Shown: positions 1 to 10,581 of the stretch, piece by piece
How positions within the stretch are numbered: the first letter of the stretch is position 1
Layout: every line of letters starts with the position of its first letter
Source of the DNA: Longimicrobiales bacterium
Lineage (GTDB): Bacteria > Gemmatimonadota > Gemmatimonadetes > Longimicrobiales > Gaopeijiaceae
Assembly (NCBI GenBank): GCA_965198065.1
Contig: CBDAON010000004.1
Span: 1,568,001-1,632,000, forward strand
Direction: 5' to 3'
Length of the DNA stretch: 64,000 nucleotides
Program-made: the position numbers and the translations under genes
The notes under the pieces: generated by a model
Databases searched by the model: none
What the model was told of the DNA's origin: nothing
Seen by the model: the letters and a program-made list of their open reading frames with translations, nothing else

Positions 1-736
1 CGGCGTCGAGTGGATCGGCTGGGCGTTCAACGCCTGGGCAAAGTATGAGAACTTCGAGCGAGATACCCTCGTTCCGGTGGCCGTCGCCGATCTGACGGGC
101 CGCCCGCTCGTTCGCGCCGAGCGCCCCGACACCGGGGGCGCGCTCGTGCTCGAGGGCGGCGGGATAGAGACGGACGGTCGGGGCGGCCTCCTCGTCACGG
201 AGGAGTGGCTCCTCTCGAGCGTGCAGGTCCGAAACCCGGGGATGACTCGCGAAGCGTACGAAGCGGCCTTCCAGGAGTACCTGGGCACGGAGCGCACGAT
301 CTGGCTCGGCGAGGGGGCGGTGGGCGACGACACGCACGGTCACGTGGACGACGTCGCCCGGTTCGTGGAGTCCCACACGGTGGTCGTGGCCCACGAGGCC
401 GATCCGTCCGACGAGAATCACCGACGGACGGCCGACAACCTCCGGCGCCTGGAGCTGGCCGGGAGGACGTGGCCGGGGGGGCTCGAGGTCGTGACGCTCC
501 CCTTCCCCGAGCCCGTGATCGTGGACGGGGAGCGGCTACCGGCGAGCTACGCCAACTTCTACGTCGCGAACGGGCTCGTGCTGGTCCCTACCTTCGACGA
601 CCCGGCCGATCGCGTCGCGCTCGCGACGCTCTCGGAGCTCTTCCCGGAGCGCTCAGTCGTGGGGATCCACTCCGTGGATCTGGTGTGGGGACTCGGGGCC
701 CTGCACTGCGTCACTCAGCAGCAGCCGGCGGCGTAA
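1..736 (+). CDS. aguA: Agmatine/peptidylarginine deiminase family protein (5' end outside window)
   Basis: LEGGGIETDG, DDTHGHVDD, ASYANFY and GALHCVTQQQP motifs; frame appears open to the window edge. Confidence 0.9.
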   Translation, partial: GVEWIGWAFNAWAKYENFERDTLVPVAVADLTGRPLVRAERPDTGGALVLEGGGIETDGRGGLLVTEEWLLSSVQVRNPGMTREAYEAAFQEYLGTERTIWLGEGAVGDDTHGHVDDVARFVESHTVVVAHEADPSDENHRRTADNLRRLELAGRTWPGGLEVVTLPFPEPVIVDGERLPASYANFYVANGLVLVPTFDDPADRVALATLSELFPERSVVGIHSVDLVWGLGALHCVTQQQPAA

Positions 737-2277
737 CGCGGGACGACAAGCCGCCCCCCAGGAACCTCAGGAACGCGACGTTGTCGGACTCGATCACGTA
801 GGGGTGGCCAAGAGTGTCCAGAAAGGTGCGGAACTCCCCTCGCTCCTCCTCGGGCACCTCGAACGCGGCGAGCACGCGCCCGCAATCCGCGCCATGGTTC
901 CGGTAGTGGAAGAGCGAGATGTTCCATCGCCCGCTCAGCATGTCGAGAAAGGTCATGAGGGCGCCCGGCCGCTCCGGAAACTCGAAGCGACACGCGATCT
1001 CGCTCGTCACGTCTAGGGGGGCATGACCGCCCACCATGTACCGCACGTGGAGCTTCGCGAGCTCGTTCTCGGTGAGGTCCTCGGCCCTGTAGCCCGCTTC
1101 GTTCAGCCGCCGACTCAGGTCCGCCGCGTCCTGGTGGGACTCAACGTTCAGGCCCACGAACACCTGCGCCGCTTCACGGCTGGAGAGGCGATAGTTGAAC
1201 TCCGTGATCACCTTGCGGCCGATTTTCGAGCAAAACTCGCGGAAGGCTCCCGGCCGCTCCGGGATCGTCACCGCGAAGAGCCGCTCCCGAGTCTCGCCCA
1301 GCTCCGCTCGCTCCACGACGTAGCGGAGCCGGTCGAAGTTCATGTTTGCGCCGCTGAGGATTGCGACCAGACGCTTTCCCCGTGATCCTGTCGCCTCGAT
1401 CCACCGCTTCATTCCCGCGACCGCCAGTGCTCCGGCGGGCTCCATGATCGAGCGCGTCTGGTGGAACACGTCCCTGATGGCCGCGCAGATCTCGTCGTTG
1501 GTCACGAACAACCTCGTGCACGGTGGCTTGGGCAATCTCGAAGCAGAGCTCGCCCACCTCCTGCACCGCGACGCCGTCGGCGAAGATGCCGACGTGGTCG
1601 AGTCTCACGCGCCTTCCGGCCTCGAGGGACCGATAGAGCGCGTCCGCCTCGAAGGGCTGGACGCCTACGATCTTCACGGACGGCGCAAGGTGTTGGAAGT
1701 AGCTCCCGATCCCGGCGATCAGCCCGCCCCCGCCGACCGGAACGAAGATCGCGTGGAGGTCGCCGCCGTAGCGGAGGATCTCGATGGCGATCGTGCCCTG
1801 TCCCGCGATCACGAGCGGGTCGTCGAACGGGTGGATGAAGGTGAGGCCGCTCTCTGACCGAAGCTCGTCACACTTCGCCTTGGCCTCGGGAAAGGCGTCT
1901 CCCGCCAGAACAACGTCGGCCCTCATTTCCCGAACGGCTTCGACCTTGATCCGCGGCGTGGTCTCGGGCATCACGATCGTGGCCCCGATCCCCAGGTGCC
2001 GCGCGGAGTAGGCCACACCCTGCGCGTGGTTGCCAGCGCTCGCTGCGATGACCCCCCGCGCTCGCTCTTCGGGCCCCAGCCTGGCCATCCGGTTGTACGC
2101 CCCACGGAGCTTGAAGCTGAACACGGGCTGGAGATCCTCCCGCTTGAGCAGAACGGCGCTCCCGGTCGAGGCGGAGAGACGCGGCGCGTCGTCGAGAGGG
2201 GTCTCTCGAGCGACCTCGTAGACGCGGCTCGTCAGGATCTCCCGGAAGAGATCCGTCGCTGTGCTCGGCGGGGTCAT
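711..2277 (-). pseudogene. ilvA: Biosynthetic threonine ammonia-lyase, frameshifted near 1510
   Basis: KREDLQPVFSFKLRGA, SAGNHAQG and VGGGGL in ORF 1174..2325; continuation VTNDEICAAIRD..EPAGAL and ACT domains (FEFPERPGAL, FHYRNHG) in ORF 711..1535; frame changes at EVVR/VTND. A sequencing error cannot be excluded. Confidence 0.85.
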
Positions 2278-2387
2278 CGGCCTCCTTCGGGGGTACTCGC
2301 CCGGATGGGGGCGAGGACCAAACATAGGGGGAGAACCATCAAGCGCCCATCAGGCGCGCGTTACTTCCGCCAGCGTTCGGGGGGCCG

Positions 2388-2864
2388 GTGATTTTCCGCC
2401 TCGGCTGCCTGTTCGTTCTCATCCCGCTGCTGGAGTTGGTGATCCTGATTCGGATCGGCCAGGGCGTGGGCCTCCTCCCGACGGTCGCGCTCGTGGCCGG
2501 CACAGGTTTCGTCGGGGCCTTCTTGGCACGGCGGGAGGGGCTCCGGGTGATCCGAGCAGTCCAGGGCGAGCTCGCCTCCGGAAAGCTTCCCACCCGGTCG
2601 CTTCTGCACGCGGCGGCCGTCCTCGTCGGGGGTGCGCTGCTCCTCACGCCCGGGATCGTCACGGACCTGGCCGGTCTGGGCCTTCTCCTGCCCCCGACGC
2701 GGCGCTTGTTTTCCTCCTGGGTACGGTCGAGAATGGCGCGGGCCCTGGAGAGCGGGACGCTCCGCGTCAACGTGTGGGAGCCGGGCGGGCGGCGTTCCGG
2801 GGCCGATCCGGGGCCGCCCGATTCGGCGACCGGCCCGAGGAAGGGGGAGATCATACAGGAGTAG
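2388..2864 (+). CDS. fxsA: FxsA family membrane protein
   Basis: IPLLEL..IGQ, GGALLLTPGIVTD..GL..LLPPTR pattern. Confidence 0.85.
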   Translation: MIFRLGCLFVLIPLLELVILIRIGQGVGLLPTVALVAGTGFVGAFLARREGLRVIRAVQGELASGKLPTRSLLHAAAVLVGGALLLTPGIVTDLAGLGLLLPPTRRLFSSWVRSRMARALESGTLRVNVWEPGGRRSGADPGPPDSATGPRKGEIIQE

Positions 2865-2918
2865 TGGTTCCGGGTGGGCCGGCGGGCCCACGCTCATCAG
2901 CGATGGAGGGAGGCGGCG

Positions 2919-3989
2919 ATGGGAGATCGGGTGGAGTTTCTGGAGAGGCTGCTCGAGGCACCCGGACCCTCGGGCTTCGAGTCCCGCCCTGCCCGCGTCT
3001 GGCGAACGGAGGCCGCCTCCTTTGCCGAGCCCGTCTGGGCCGATGTGCACGGCAACTCCTTCGCGGCGGTGGGCTGGGAGCGGAGGCCGAGGGTCATGCT
3101 GGCCGGCCACGTGGACGAGATCGGTCTCCAGGTGACCCACGTGGACGAGAAGGGATTCGTGTTCCTGGACACGATCGGGGGGTGGGATCCCCAGGTGCTA
3201 GTAGGTCAGCGCGTGCGGATCCTGGGCCGGAAGGGAGACGTGCCGGCAGTGGTGGGCAAGAAGCCGATCCATCTGATCAAGCCCGAGGACCGGAAGAAGG
3301 TGACCGAGATCCAGGAGGTATGGCTGGACCTGGGCGCTTCGTCGGCGGAGGAAGTGGCATCGCTCGGCGTCCGGGTGGGGGATCCGATGGTCCTAGACGC
3401 GCCCTTTCTGCGGCTCCATGGTGACCGCATCGCGTCCCGGGCCATCGACGACCGGGTCGGCGCTTACGTCGTGCTCGAGGCCTTGAGGCTCCTGGCCGAG
3501 GATCCGGCGCCCCACGCCGGCGCGGTGGCCGTCGCCACGGTTCAGGAAGAGATCGGTTACACCGGCGGCGGTGCGCGGAGCTCGGCCTTCCAGCTCGAGC
3601 CGGATGCGGCGGTGGTCGTGGACGTCACGTTCTCCACGGACGTACCCGATGCGAGCAAAAAGGAGCACGGAGAGCACACGGTCGGGGGCGGCCCGGTCCT
3701 CAGCCGGGGGTCGGCCATTCACCCGTTGGTCTTTGATCGGCTGATCGAGGTGGGAGAGAGCGAGAAGATCCCGTGCACGATTCAGGCCGCGCCTCGTGCC
3801 AGCCGTACGGACGCCGACGGGATCTTCCTCGTCCGGGCCGGCGTCCCCACGGGGCTCGTTTCCATTCCGAACCGCTACATGCACTCGCCCAACGAGGTCG
3901 TATCCATCGAGGATCTGCGGCGAGCGGCTCTTCTCCTCGCGGGATTCGTTCGCAGCCTGAAGGCCGATCACAGCTTCGTTCAGGACTGA
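2919..3989 (+). CDS. M42 family metallopeptidase
   Basis: GPSGFE, AGHVDEIG, AIDDRVG, VQEEIG, RYMHSPNE motifs; ATG at 2919 preceded by GGAGG. Confidence 0.9.
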   Translation: MGDRVEFLERLLEAPGPSGFESRPARVWRTEAASFAEPVWADVHGNSFAAVGWERRPRVMLAGHVDEIGLQVTHVDEKGFVFLDTIGGWDPQVLVGQRVRILGRKGDVPAVVGKKPIHLIKPEDRKKVTEIQEVWLDLGASSAEEVASLGVRVGDPMVLDAPFLRLHGDRIASRAIDDRVGAYVVLEALRLLAEDPAPHAGAVAVATVQEEIGYTGGGARSSAFQLEPDAAVVVDVTFSTDVPDASKKEHGEHTVGGGPVLSRGSAIHPLVFDRLIEVGESEKIPCTIQAAPRASRTDADGIFLVRAGVPTGLVSIPNRYMHSPNEVVSIEDLRRAALLLAGFVRSLKADHSFVQD

Positions 3990-4056
3990 TCGCTGCCCCG
4001 TGGCGTGCACCTGGAGTGGGCTGCCGGCGGCCGACCCGGATGCTTCGGCGGGGTCT

Positions 4057-5040
4057 CTATTCGGCAAGCGCTCCACGAGAGACGGGGCGCGAGGAGGCCT
4101 CCACGAGCCTCGACGCGCCCAGGAAGATGACACCGAGCCACAGGAGGTCGGCCAGGAAGAGGTGGAGAAGACGGAGCTGCACGGGCTGCAGCAGGAGGAT
4201 CGTGAGCGGTCCGATCACGAGCTGGGCCACGGCGAGCGCGCTCACGCCCGAGGCGATTGCCGACGTGGCCCGATCGGGAGCGCTTCGGCGGGCCGCGACC
4301 GCGAGTCGGAACAGCAGGTAGACCGCCCCGATCGCCACCGCGGGATGGAATATCCTTAGATAGATAAGCACGTGCTCCGGATCGACGTATTGCCCCGCAC
4401 CCTCCGAGAGGCTCTCGGCCGGGAACGCAGTCGTGGCGAGCCCCACCCAGGTGCCGCTCCAGGCGAGCGCGAGCACGGCGAGGCCGGCCAGGACCACCGG
4501 GCGGGCGCGGGGCTCCCAGAGCGACATGGCCCGGGCGACCCCGAGGTGGGCCCACCAGGCGGTGAGCCCCAGGGCGGCCATCAAGAGGAAGGTGTTCGTC
4601 ACGTGGAAGGGGCGGATCATGAGCCTCGCGGTCGAGACATCCGCCGCGACCAGGCCGAAGACCACGAGCACCGCCCCGAACGCGGACTCCGTTAGCGTGA
4701 AGAGTAAGGACCAGCCGGCAGCGCGACGAACCAGATGCCCCCGCGGATGCACGCGGAAGGCCCACACGGCCATGGCGGCGACAAGGACGAGAACGAGCCC
4801 CGAGGAGACGCGATGTCCGAACTCGACCCAGGTGGGAAAGGCCGCTCCCAAGGGAAGGGCTCCGCCGTTGCAGAGCGGCCAGTCCGTGCCGCATCCGTCC
4901 CCTGATTCTGAGAGGCGTAGGAAATACCCCCACAGGATCACGACCAGGGAGTACGCCAGAACGCCCCAGGCGAAACGGGGGAAGCCCCGGTCGCCCGAGC
5001 GCCGGAAGGGGGCAAGATCTCGCGTTGACGCTGTCTCCAA
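4057..5040 (-). CDS. ctaA: Heme A synthase (COX15/CtaA family)
   Basis: GCGTDWPLCNG loop, EFGHR, further conserved His residues in about 8 TM segments. Confidence 0.85.
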   Translation of the reverse strand: METASTRDLAPFRRSGDRGFPRFAWGVLAYSLVVILWGYFLRLSESGDGCGTDWPLCNGGALPLGAAFPTWVEFGHRVSSGLVLVLVAAMAVWAFRVHPRGHLVRRAAGWSLLFTLTESAFGAVLVVFGLVAADVSTARLMIRPFHVTNTFLLMAALGLTAWWAHLGVARAMSLWEPRARPVVLAGLAVLALAWSGTWVGLATTAFPAESLSEGAGQYVDPEHVLIYLRIFHPAVAIGAVYLLFRLAVAARRSAPDRATSAIASGVSALAVAQLVIGPLTILLLQPVQLRLLHLFLADLLWLGVIFLGASRLVEASSRPVSRGALAE

Positions 5041-5152
5041 GGGACGGTTAAACTAACGATTCCCGCGCGTCCCCGACCAGGTGAGGGTAGGGGCGCTTGG
5101 CCCGTCCTCGGCGGTGCCTGCCTCCCCGCAAACCGGCAACGGGATCCATCGA

Positions 5153-5623
5153 ATGGTCGAGGCCAAAGAGCTCGTGAAGGACCTTCAGGAGATGCGCGAC
5201 CAGGGCTACCTCGCGGACGCCCTCCTGCGCAAGGCGGTCACGACGATCGCGGCGGCGGACGATCGCTACGACTGGGTTGGCGCGTATCTGCTCCGCGAGG
5301 ACGGACAGTCGCTCTGGCTCCACAACTACGTCGGGCCCGCCGCCGAGCACTCGGAGATATCAGTGGGACAGGGAGTGTGCGGGACGGCGATCGAAGAGCG
5401 TGAGAACCAGAACGTGCCCGACGTCTCCGTGGTGGAGAACTATCTCCCGTGCAGCCCCGACGTTCAGTCCGAGCTGGTCGTGCTCATCCGGGCCGGTGAC
5501 GACGTTCTGGGCGAGCTCGACGTCAACAGCGAGCATCTCGCGGCCTTTGAGGCCGAGGACGAGTCGGCGCTCCAGGCCGTCGCGGACAAGCTCGCCGAGC
5601 AGCTCGCCGCAGAGCGCCGCTGA
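5153..5623 (+). CDS. GAF domain protein (free methionine-R-sulfoxide reductase-like)
   Basis: DWVGAY, GQGVCGTA, NYLPC..SELVV, GELDVNS motifs. Confidence 0.75.
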   Translation: MVEAKELVKDLQEMRDQGYLADALLRKAVTTIAAADDRYDWVGAYLLREDGQSLWLHNYVGPAAEHSEISVGQGVCGTAIEERENQNVPDVSVVENYLPCSPDVQSELVVLIRAGDDVLGELDVNSEHLAAFEAEDESALQAVADKLAEQLAAERR

Positions 5624-5645
5624 CGGGCCTCCCGTCCAACCCCAG

Positions 5646-7142
5646 GTGACTCCCATCGCAGCACCCGCACACACCCTGGACGCATCTCTCGTCCGGCGGC
5701 TACGCGCAGTCGTCGGGGGGGAGGGGGTATTCGTGGACCGGGATCGGCTCCTGGTCTACGAGTCGGATGGCCTCACGCAGTATCGTCACCCGCCTTCCGC
5801 GGTGGTACTTCCCCGCACGACCGACGAGCTGAGCCGCGTCTTGGCTCTCCTCCATGCCGAGGGCCGGGTCTTCGTGGCGCGGGGGTCGGGCACGGGACTG
5901 AGTGGCGGAGCACTCGCGATCGAGGGGGCGGTGCTCGTCGGGACCGCGCGCATGAACCGGATCCTCGAGATCGACCCGGAGAACCGGAGGGCGCGCGTTC
6001 AGCCGGGCGTCATAAACTCGGAGCTCACCCAGGCCACGCTTCCCCAGGGGCTCATTTACGCCCCGGATCCCTCGTCCCAGACCGCCTGCACGCTGGGGGG
6101 GAACGTCGCCGAGAACTCCGGCGGACCACACTGCCTGAAGTACGGCGTCACGAGCCGGTACGTGACGGGCCTCACTGTCGTGCTCCCCGACGGGGAGGTC
6201 GTCGAGCTCGGGGGTTTGGAGAGCGAAGAGGATGGGCTCGACCTCGTCGGCCCTTTCGTGGGCTCGGAGGGGTGCTTTGGGATGGCGGCGGAGATCGAGC
6301 TCGCGCTCATACCGGAGGCGGAGGGGGTCCGCACCTTGCTCGGGATCTTCGACTCGATGGAAGCGGCCGGGCGGGCCGTGACGGACATCATGGCCCGGGG
6401 GCTCCTCCCCGCGGCCCTCGAGATCGTGGACGCCGCGACGATCCGCGCGGTCGAGGCGTCGATCTTTGCTGCGGGATATCCGACGGACGCGGCCGCGGCC
6501 CTCGTGGTGGAGGTGGACGGCGTGGACGCGGCGTTGGACGAGGAGGTCCGGATCGCCGATTCCTGCTGCCACGCCGCCGGGGGGCGCGAGGTCAGGATCG
6601 CCGCGAACACGGAGGAGCGCCTGGCTCTCTGGAGGGGGAGGAAGAAGGCGTTCGGCGCGATGGGGAGGCTCGCCCCCGACCTCCTGGTCCAAGATGCGAC
6701 CGTGCCTCGAACCCGCCTTCCCGAGGTGCTCGGGCAGGTCGCCGAGATCGGTGAGAGGTACGGGATCCTCGTTGCGAACGTCTTCCACGCCGGGGACGGA
6801 AATCTCCACCCTAACTTCCTCTTCGATCGACGGGATCCAGAGCAGCTGAAGCGGGTCGAGGCCGCGTCGAAGGAGATCATGGAAATCTGCGTCCGTGCGG
6901 GGGGGACGATCACCGGGGAGCACGGCGTGGGGGTGGACAAGCGGCGATACATGCCTCTCGTGTGCTCGCCCGAGGTGCTCGAGGCGATGGCCCGCGTGAA
7001 GGAGGCGTTCGATCCGCTCGGGCGCTCGAACCCCGGGAAGGTCCTGCCGGACGGGTATGGCCCCGTCCGGCCGGGGCCGGCCCCCGCCGTGGCCACCACC
7101 GACACGCCCGCACGGCAGGAAGCGACCCGGAGCACGAGGTGA
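5646..7142 (+). CDS. glcD: FAD-linked oxidase, glycolate oxidase subunit D-like
   Basis: RGSGTGLSGG, PDPSSQTACTLGGNVAENSGGPHCLKYG, HAGDGNLHP, GEHGVG; start approximate. Confidence 0.85.
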   Translation: MTPIAAPAHTLDASLVRRLRAVVGGEGVFVDRDRLLVYESDGLTQYRHPPSAVVLPRTTDELSRVLALLHAEGRVFVARGSGTGLSGGALAIEGAVLVGTARMNRILEIDPENRRARVQPGVINSELTQATLPQGLIYAPDPSSQTACTLGGNVAENSGGPHCLKYGVTSRYVTGLTVVLPDGEVVELGGLESEEDGLDLVGPFVGSEGCFGMAAEIELALIPEAEGVRTLLGIFDSMEAAGRAVTDIMARGLLPAALEIVDAATIRAVEASIFAAGYPTDAAAALVVEVDGVDAALDEEVRIADSCCHAAGGREVRIAANTEERLALWRGRKKAFGAMGRLAPDLLVQDATVPRTRLPEVLGQVAEIGERYGILVANVFHAGDGNLHPNFLFDRRDPEQLKRVEAASKEIMEICVRAGGTITGEHGVGVDKRRYMPLVCSPEVLEAMARVKEAFDPLGRSNPGKVLPDGYGPVRPGPAPAVATTDTPARQEATRSTR

Positions 7143-8458
7143 ACCCGGCCCCGGAGCCCGCCGATCCCGGCTCAGTTCTCGAGCGCGTGCGCGAGGTCCT
7201 GGGGGCGGGCGCGGCGGTCGTGGAGGGGGGCCCGGTGACCGCGACTCCACGCTCGGACGAGGAAACCGCCGCACTACTCCGCGCGGCCCGCGAGCGGCAG
7301 TGGCGGGTGCTTCCCCGGGGAGCGGGGATCGGTTGGGAGACGCTCGGGGGTGCTCCGGACCTGATCGTCTCGACCCTCGGGATGTCGGGGCTCCTCGAGC
7401 ACGGGCCGGCCGACCTGATCTGCCGAAGCCGGGCCGGCCTTACGCTGTCCGCCCTCCAGGACGACCTCGCCGCCGAGCGGCAGTGGCTCGCCCTGGATCC
7501 GCCCGGCGGGCCGGGGATCACACTGGGAGGCATCGTCGCCACCGGGGCAGCGGGCCCCCTCCAGCTCCAGTACGGGCGCCCCCGAGACCAGCTCCTGGGG
7601 ATCACTCTCGTGGATGGGGAGGGCCGGATCCTCCGCCTGGGCGGTCGGGTCGTCAAGAACGTGGCGGGGTTCGACCTCGTTCGACTCACGACGGGCAGCC
7701 GGGGGACGATAGGGGTGATCACGGAGGTGACGTTCCGGGTGTACCCCCTGCCGGAAGAGGACCGGACCCTCGTCTGGTCTTGGGAGGAGCTCGAGGAAGC
7801 CTGGACGATGGGACGGAAGCTCGCGAACCTCCCGCTGCCGCTCGCCGCGGCCGAGCTCGTCGGCGGCATCTGGGCGCCGCCGCTGGACGACTCGGGGTAC
7901 CGCGTGATGATCCGGATCACAGGGTCTAAGACGGCTGTTGAGCGGATCTTCGACGTCTTCATGGACGAGTTGGGGCATCCCCTTCGGGAGCTCAAGGGAG
8001 ATGCGTCCCGGACGGCCGCGCGGGTGCTGTCGGAGGGGGACGGCATGGCTGCCGCCTCGTTCCGCGCGCACACGCTCCCGTCGCGGGGACGTGGGCTCCT
8101 CCAGCCCCTGGCCAGCCTGCCCCTCGAGAGGTGGGCACTCCACCTGAGCTCCGGGACGTTTCGCGGGACGCTCCACACCGCGTCCGCCGCCGACGTGTCG
8201 TCGGCGGGTGACGCGGCATCGGTGGGCCGGTCATCCACGGGCGACGCCGGCTGGGTAGAGGACACGATCCGGGCTCTGCGCGGGCCCTTGAACCACGCGG
8301 GCGGCACCCTGCGCTTGCGGAACGCGGCCGGGCTCGCCTCGGGGGTCGAGCGCACCGCCGCCAAACGCCTCGCTTCGAGGATCGTGCGCGGGTTCGATCC
8401 CGCAGGCACTCTGCCCGGCCGGTGGGGGGGCGGGACGCTGACGCGGGAGGCGGATTGA
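7139..8458 (+). CDS. glcE: FAD-binding subunit, glycolate oxidase E-like
   Basis: TLGGIVATG..GP, GGRVVKNVAGFDL; GTGA overlap with glcD. Confidence 0.8.
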   Translation: MNPAPEPADPGSVLERVREVLGAGAAVVEGGPVTATPRSDEETAALLRAARERQWRVLPRGAGIGWETLGGAPDLIVSTLGMSGLLEHGPADLICRSRAGLTLSALQDDLAAERQWLALDPPGGPGITLGGIVATGAAGPLQLQYGRPRDQLLGITLVDGEGRILRLGGRVVKNVAGFDLVRLTTGSRGTIGVITEVTFRVYPLPEEDRTLVWSWEELEEAWTMGRKLANLPLPLAAAELVGGIWAPPLDDSGYRVMIRITGSKTAVERIFDVFMDELGHPLRELKGDASRTAARVLSEGDGMAAASFRAHTLPSRGRGLLQPLASLPLERWALHLSSGTFRGTLHTASAADVSSAGDAASVGRSSTGDAGWVEDTIRALRGPLNHAGGTLRLRNAAGLASGVERTAAKRLASRIVRGFDPAGTLPGRWGGGTLTREAD

Positions 8459-9903
8459 GCGGGGGAAGCGCGGCTCGGGAAGGGCTCCGCACTGCGCTGG
8501 CGGCTCATCACGACCGCCTCTCGAACTGCGTGCACTGTGGGTTCTGCCTTCCTGCGTGTCCCACCTACGTGCGGCTTCACGACGAGGCAGACTCGCCCCG
8601 CGGGAGGCTCTATCTCATGGGCGCTGTCGTGGAGGGGAGACTCGATCCCGCGTCGGACGCGTTCCAGCGGCACATTGACCGCTGCCTGGGATGCCGCGCG
8701 TGCGAGACGGTCTGTCCCTCCGGCGTCGAGTACGGGTTCCTGTTCGAGCGGGCGAGGGGGGTGGCCGCGACGGCCCGGGAGCCATCCGCCTTCGCCCGCG
8801 CCCTGCTCGGCGCCATCGCGCGGCCAGCCCTGTTCCGGGTCTGGATGGGAGCGAGCCGCTTCCTCCGGTGGACTCGCGTTCCCTCGATCCTGGCCCGGCT
8901 GTTGCCGATCAGGGGTCCTGCGGCCACGCTCCGCTTCGGCATGGCGATGCTCGGCGCATCGGGGCCGTGGCGCCCCCCGGGGAACGGACGGGGGAGAGGC
9001 CGATCGGTTGCGGTCGCGAAGGAGGCGAGACGCACCACCGGGACGACAACGACCATGTCGGCCGGGCCGGCAGACGCTGACGCAACGGTCGAGGAGCGGG
9101 GCCGCGTCGCGTTCCTCGACGGATGCGTCCAGGCCCACTTGTTCCGGCGCGTGAACGAGGCCACCGCCCGGGTCCTTGCGATCAACGGCTGGGAGGTCGT
9201 CCACGTCCCCGGCCAGGGATGCTGCGGCGCGCTGCATGCCCACGGTGGGCGTCTTTCCGAGGCAGGCGAGATGGCTCGCCGGAACGTGAGAGCCTTTCGT
9301 ACCTCGGGCGTGGACTGGGTCGTCGCGAACGCCGCAGGGTGTGGAGCCACCATGCGGGAGTACGGTCACCTCGTGGGGGCCGAAGATGGCGAGGCTCCGG
9401 CCGAGGGCGGCGGATCGCACCCGGCGGGCGGCGTCCGGGGGGAGGACGGTGCGGCGTCCCGATGGTTCGCCGAGCGAGTTCGGGACGTCTCGGAGATCTT
9501 AGCTGGCGACGGGCGATCGGCGCGGCTCGGTGGGCCGCTTCCCGTTCGGGTCGCGTACGATCCGCCCTGCCACCTGCTCCACGGCCAGCGGGTGCGGACG
9601 CCTCCGCTCGCGCTCCTGGCCTCCATTCCAGAGCTCACCGTGATCCCCGTCCCAAACGGGGACGAGTGCTGCGGTGGTGCGGGGATCTACGGGATCACCC
9701 ATCCGGATCTGGGCGGCCGCATCGGCCGAGACAAGGTCACGGCCGTGCTCGAGACGGGCGCCGAGGTGCTGGCTACGGGGAACCCCGGTTGCGCAATGCA
9801 GATCGGGGCGGGGCTTCGCATGAGAGGATCCCGAGTGCAGGTTGCCCACCCCGTGGAGATTCTGGACGAGAGCTACCGGAGGGGAGGGTTATATGAGGAG
9901 TGA
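8455..9903 (+). CDS. glcF: Fe-S subunit, glycolate oxidase F-like
   Basis: CVHCGFCLPACPTY, CLGCRACETVCPSG and two CCG domains. Confidence 0.85.
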   Translation: MSGGSAAREGLRTALAAHHDRLSNCVHCGFCLPACPTYVRLHDEADSPRGRLYLMGAVVEGRLDPASDAFQRHIDRCLGCRACETVCPSGVEYGFLFERARGVAATAREPSAFARALLGAIARPALFRVWMGASRFLRWTRVPSILARLLPIRGPAATLRFGMAMLGASGPWRPPGNGRGRGRSVAVAKEARRTTGTTTTMSAGPADADATVEERGRVAFLDGCVQAHLFRRVNEATARVLAINGWEVVHVPGQGCCGALHAHGGRLSEAGEMARRNVRAFRTSGVDWVVANAAGCGATMREYGHLVGAEDGEAPAEGGGSHPAGGVRGEDGAASRWFAERVRDVSEILAGDGRSARLGGPLPVRVAYDPPCHLLHGQRVRTPPLALLASIPELTVIPVPNGDECCGGAGIYGITHPDLGGRIGRDKVTAVLETGAEVLATGNPGCAMQIGAGLRMRGSRVQVAHPVEILDESYRRGGLYEE

Positions 9904-10571
9904 AGCTGAAAGGGAGCCTGCCGCGTCCGGCGGTGAGCTGAGACCAAGACGGGATCCCCCCGCTCCCCACGAGGGGGAGAAGCCGGGCGCAGCGTGGGTG
10001 GAGCTGGCGGTCGATCGGCCCGTCTGGGAGCGGTTCTTTCTTCCCTTCCCACTGGTGCTGATCGGGAGGAAGGAGGGCGAGGGCTTCGACCTCGCGCGGA
10101 AGCACGTGGCGATGCCGATCGGTTGGGAGAACCACTTCGACTTCGTGTGCACGCCCCGGCATGGGACCTATCACAACGTGAAGCGCGACGGCTCGTTCGC
10201 CGTGAGCTTCCCCCGGCCGAGCCAACTGGTCGTAGCCAGCCTCGCTGCCAAGGCCAGGGGACCATCCGGAAAAACGGGGCTCGAGTTTCTCCCCACGGAG
10301 CCGGCGCGGGCTGTCGAGGGGGTCCTCCTCAGCGATGCCTAGTCTACAAATGGAGTGCGAGCTGCACCGGGTCATCGACGGATTCGGGGTCGACAGCCTA
10401 GTCGTAGGTACGGTCATTGCCGCGCGGGTGAGGGCCGGTTCGCTCCGTGAGTCGGAAGCAGACGAGGCCGGCCTGCTGGAACGCTTCCCTCTCGTGTATC
10501 TGCACCCTGGGCGGTTCGCCGAGATCTCGGCCTCCAGGCCCTTCCCCTTTCCCGCGGATTTCCGTTTGTGA
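9893..10571 (+). pseudogene. Flavin reductase-like (DIM6/NTAB) protein, frameshifted near 10340
   Basis: PLVLIG..DLA..H, T..NVKRDGSFAVS in ORF 9842..10342; continuation MECELHRV..LVVGTV in ORF 10335..10571; one extra base at gcctagtcta. Confidence 0.65.
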
Positions 10572-10581
10572 CCGAGCCTTG

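Noticed and set aside
6910..9420. Long antisense or alternate-frame ORFs (e.g. 6910..9420, 34867..37173, 38806..40857, 18522..20459)
   Set aside because: Shadow ORFs expected at ~70% GC; they overlap well-supported genes and carry no motifs.
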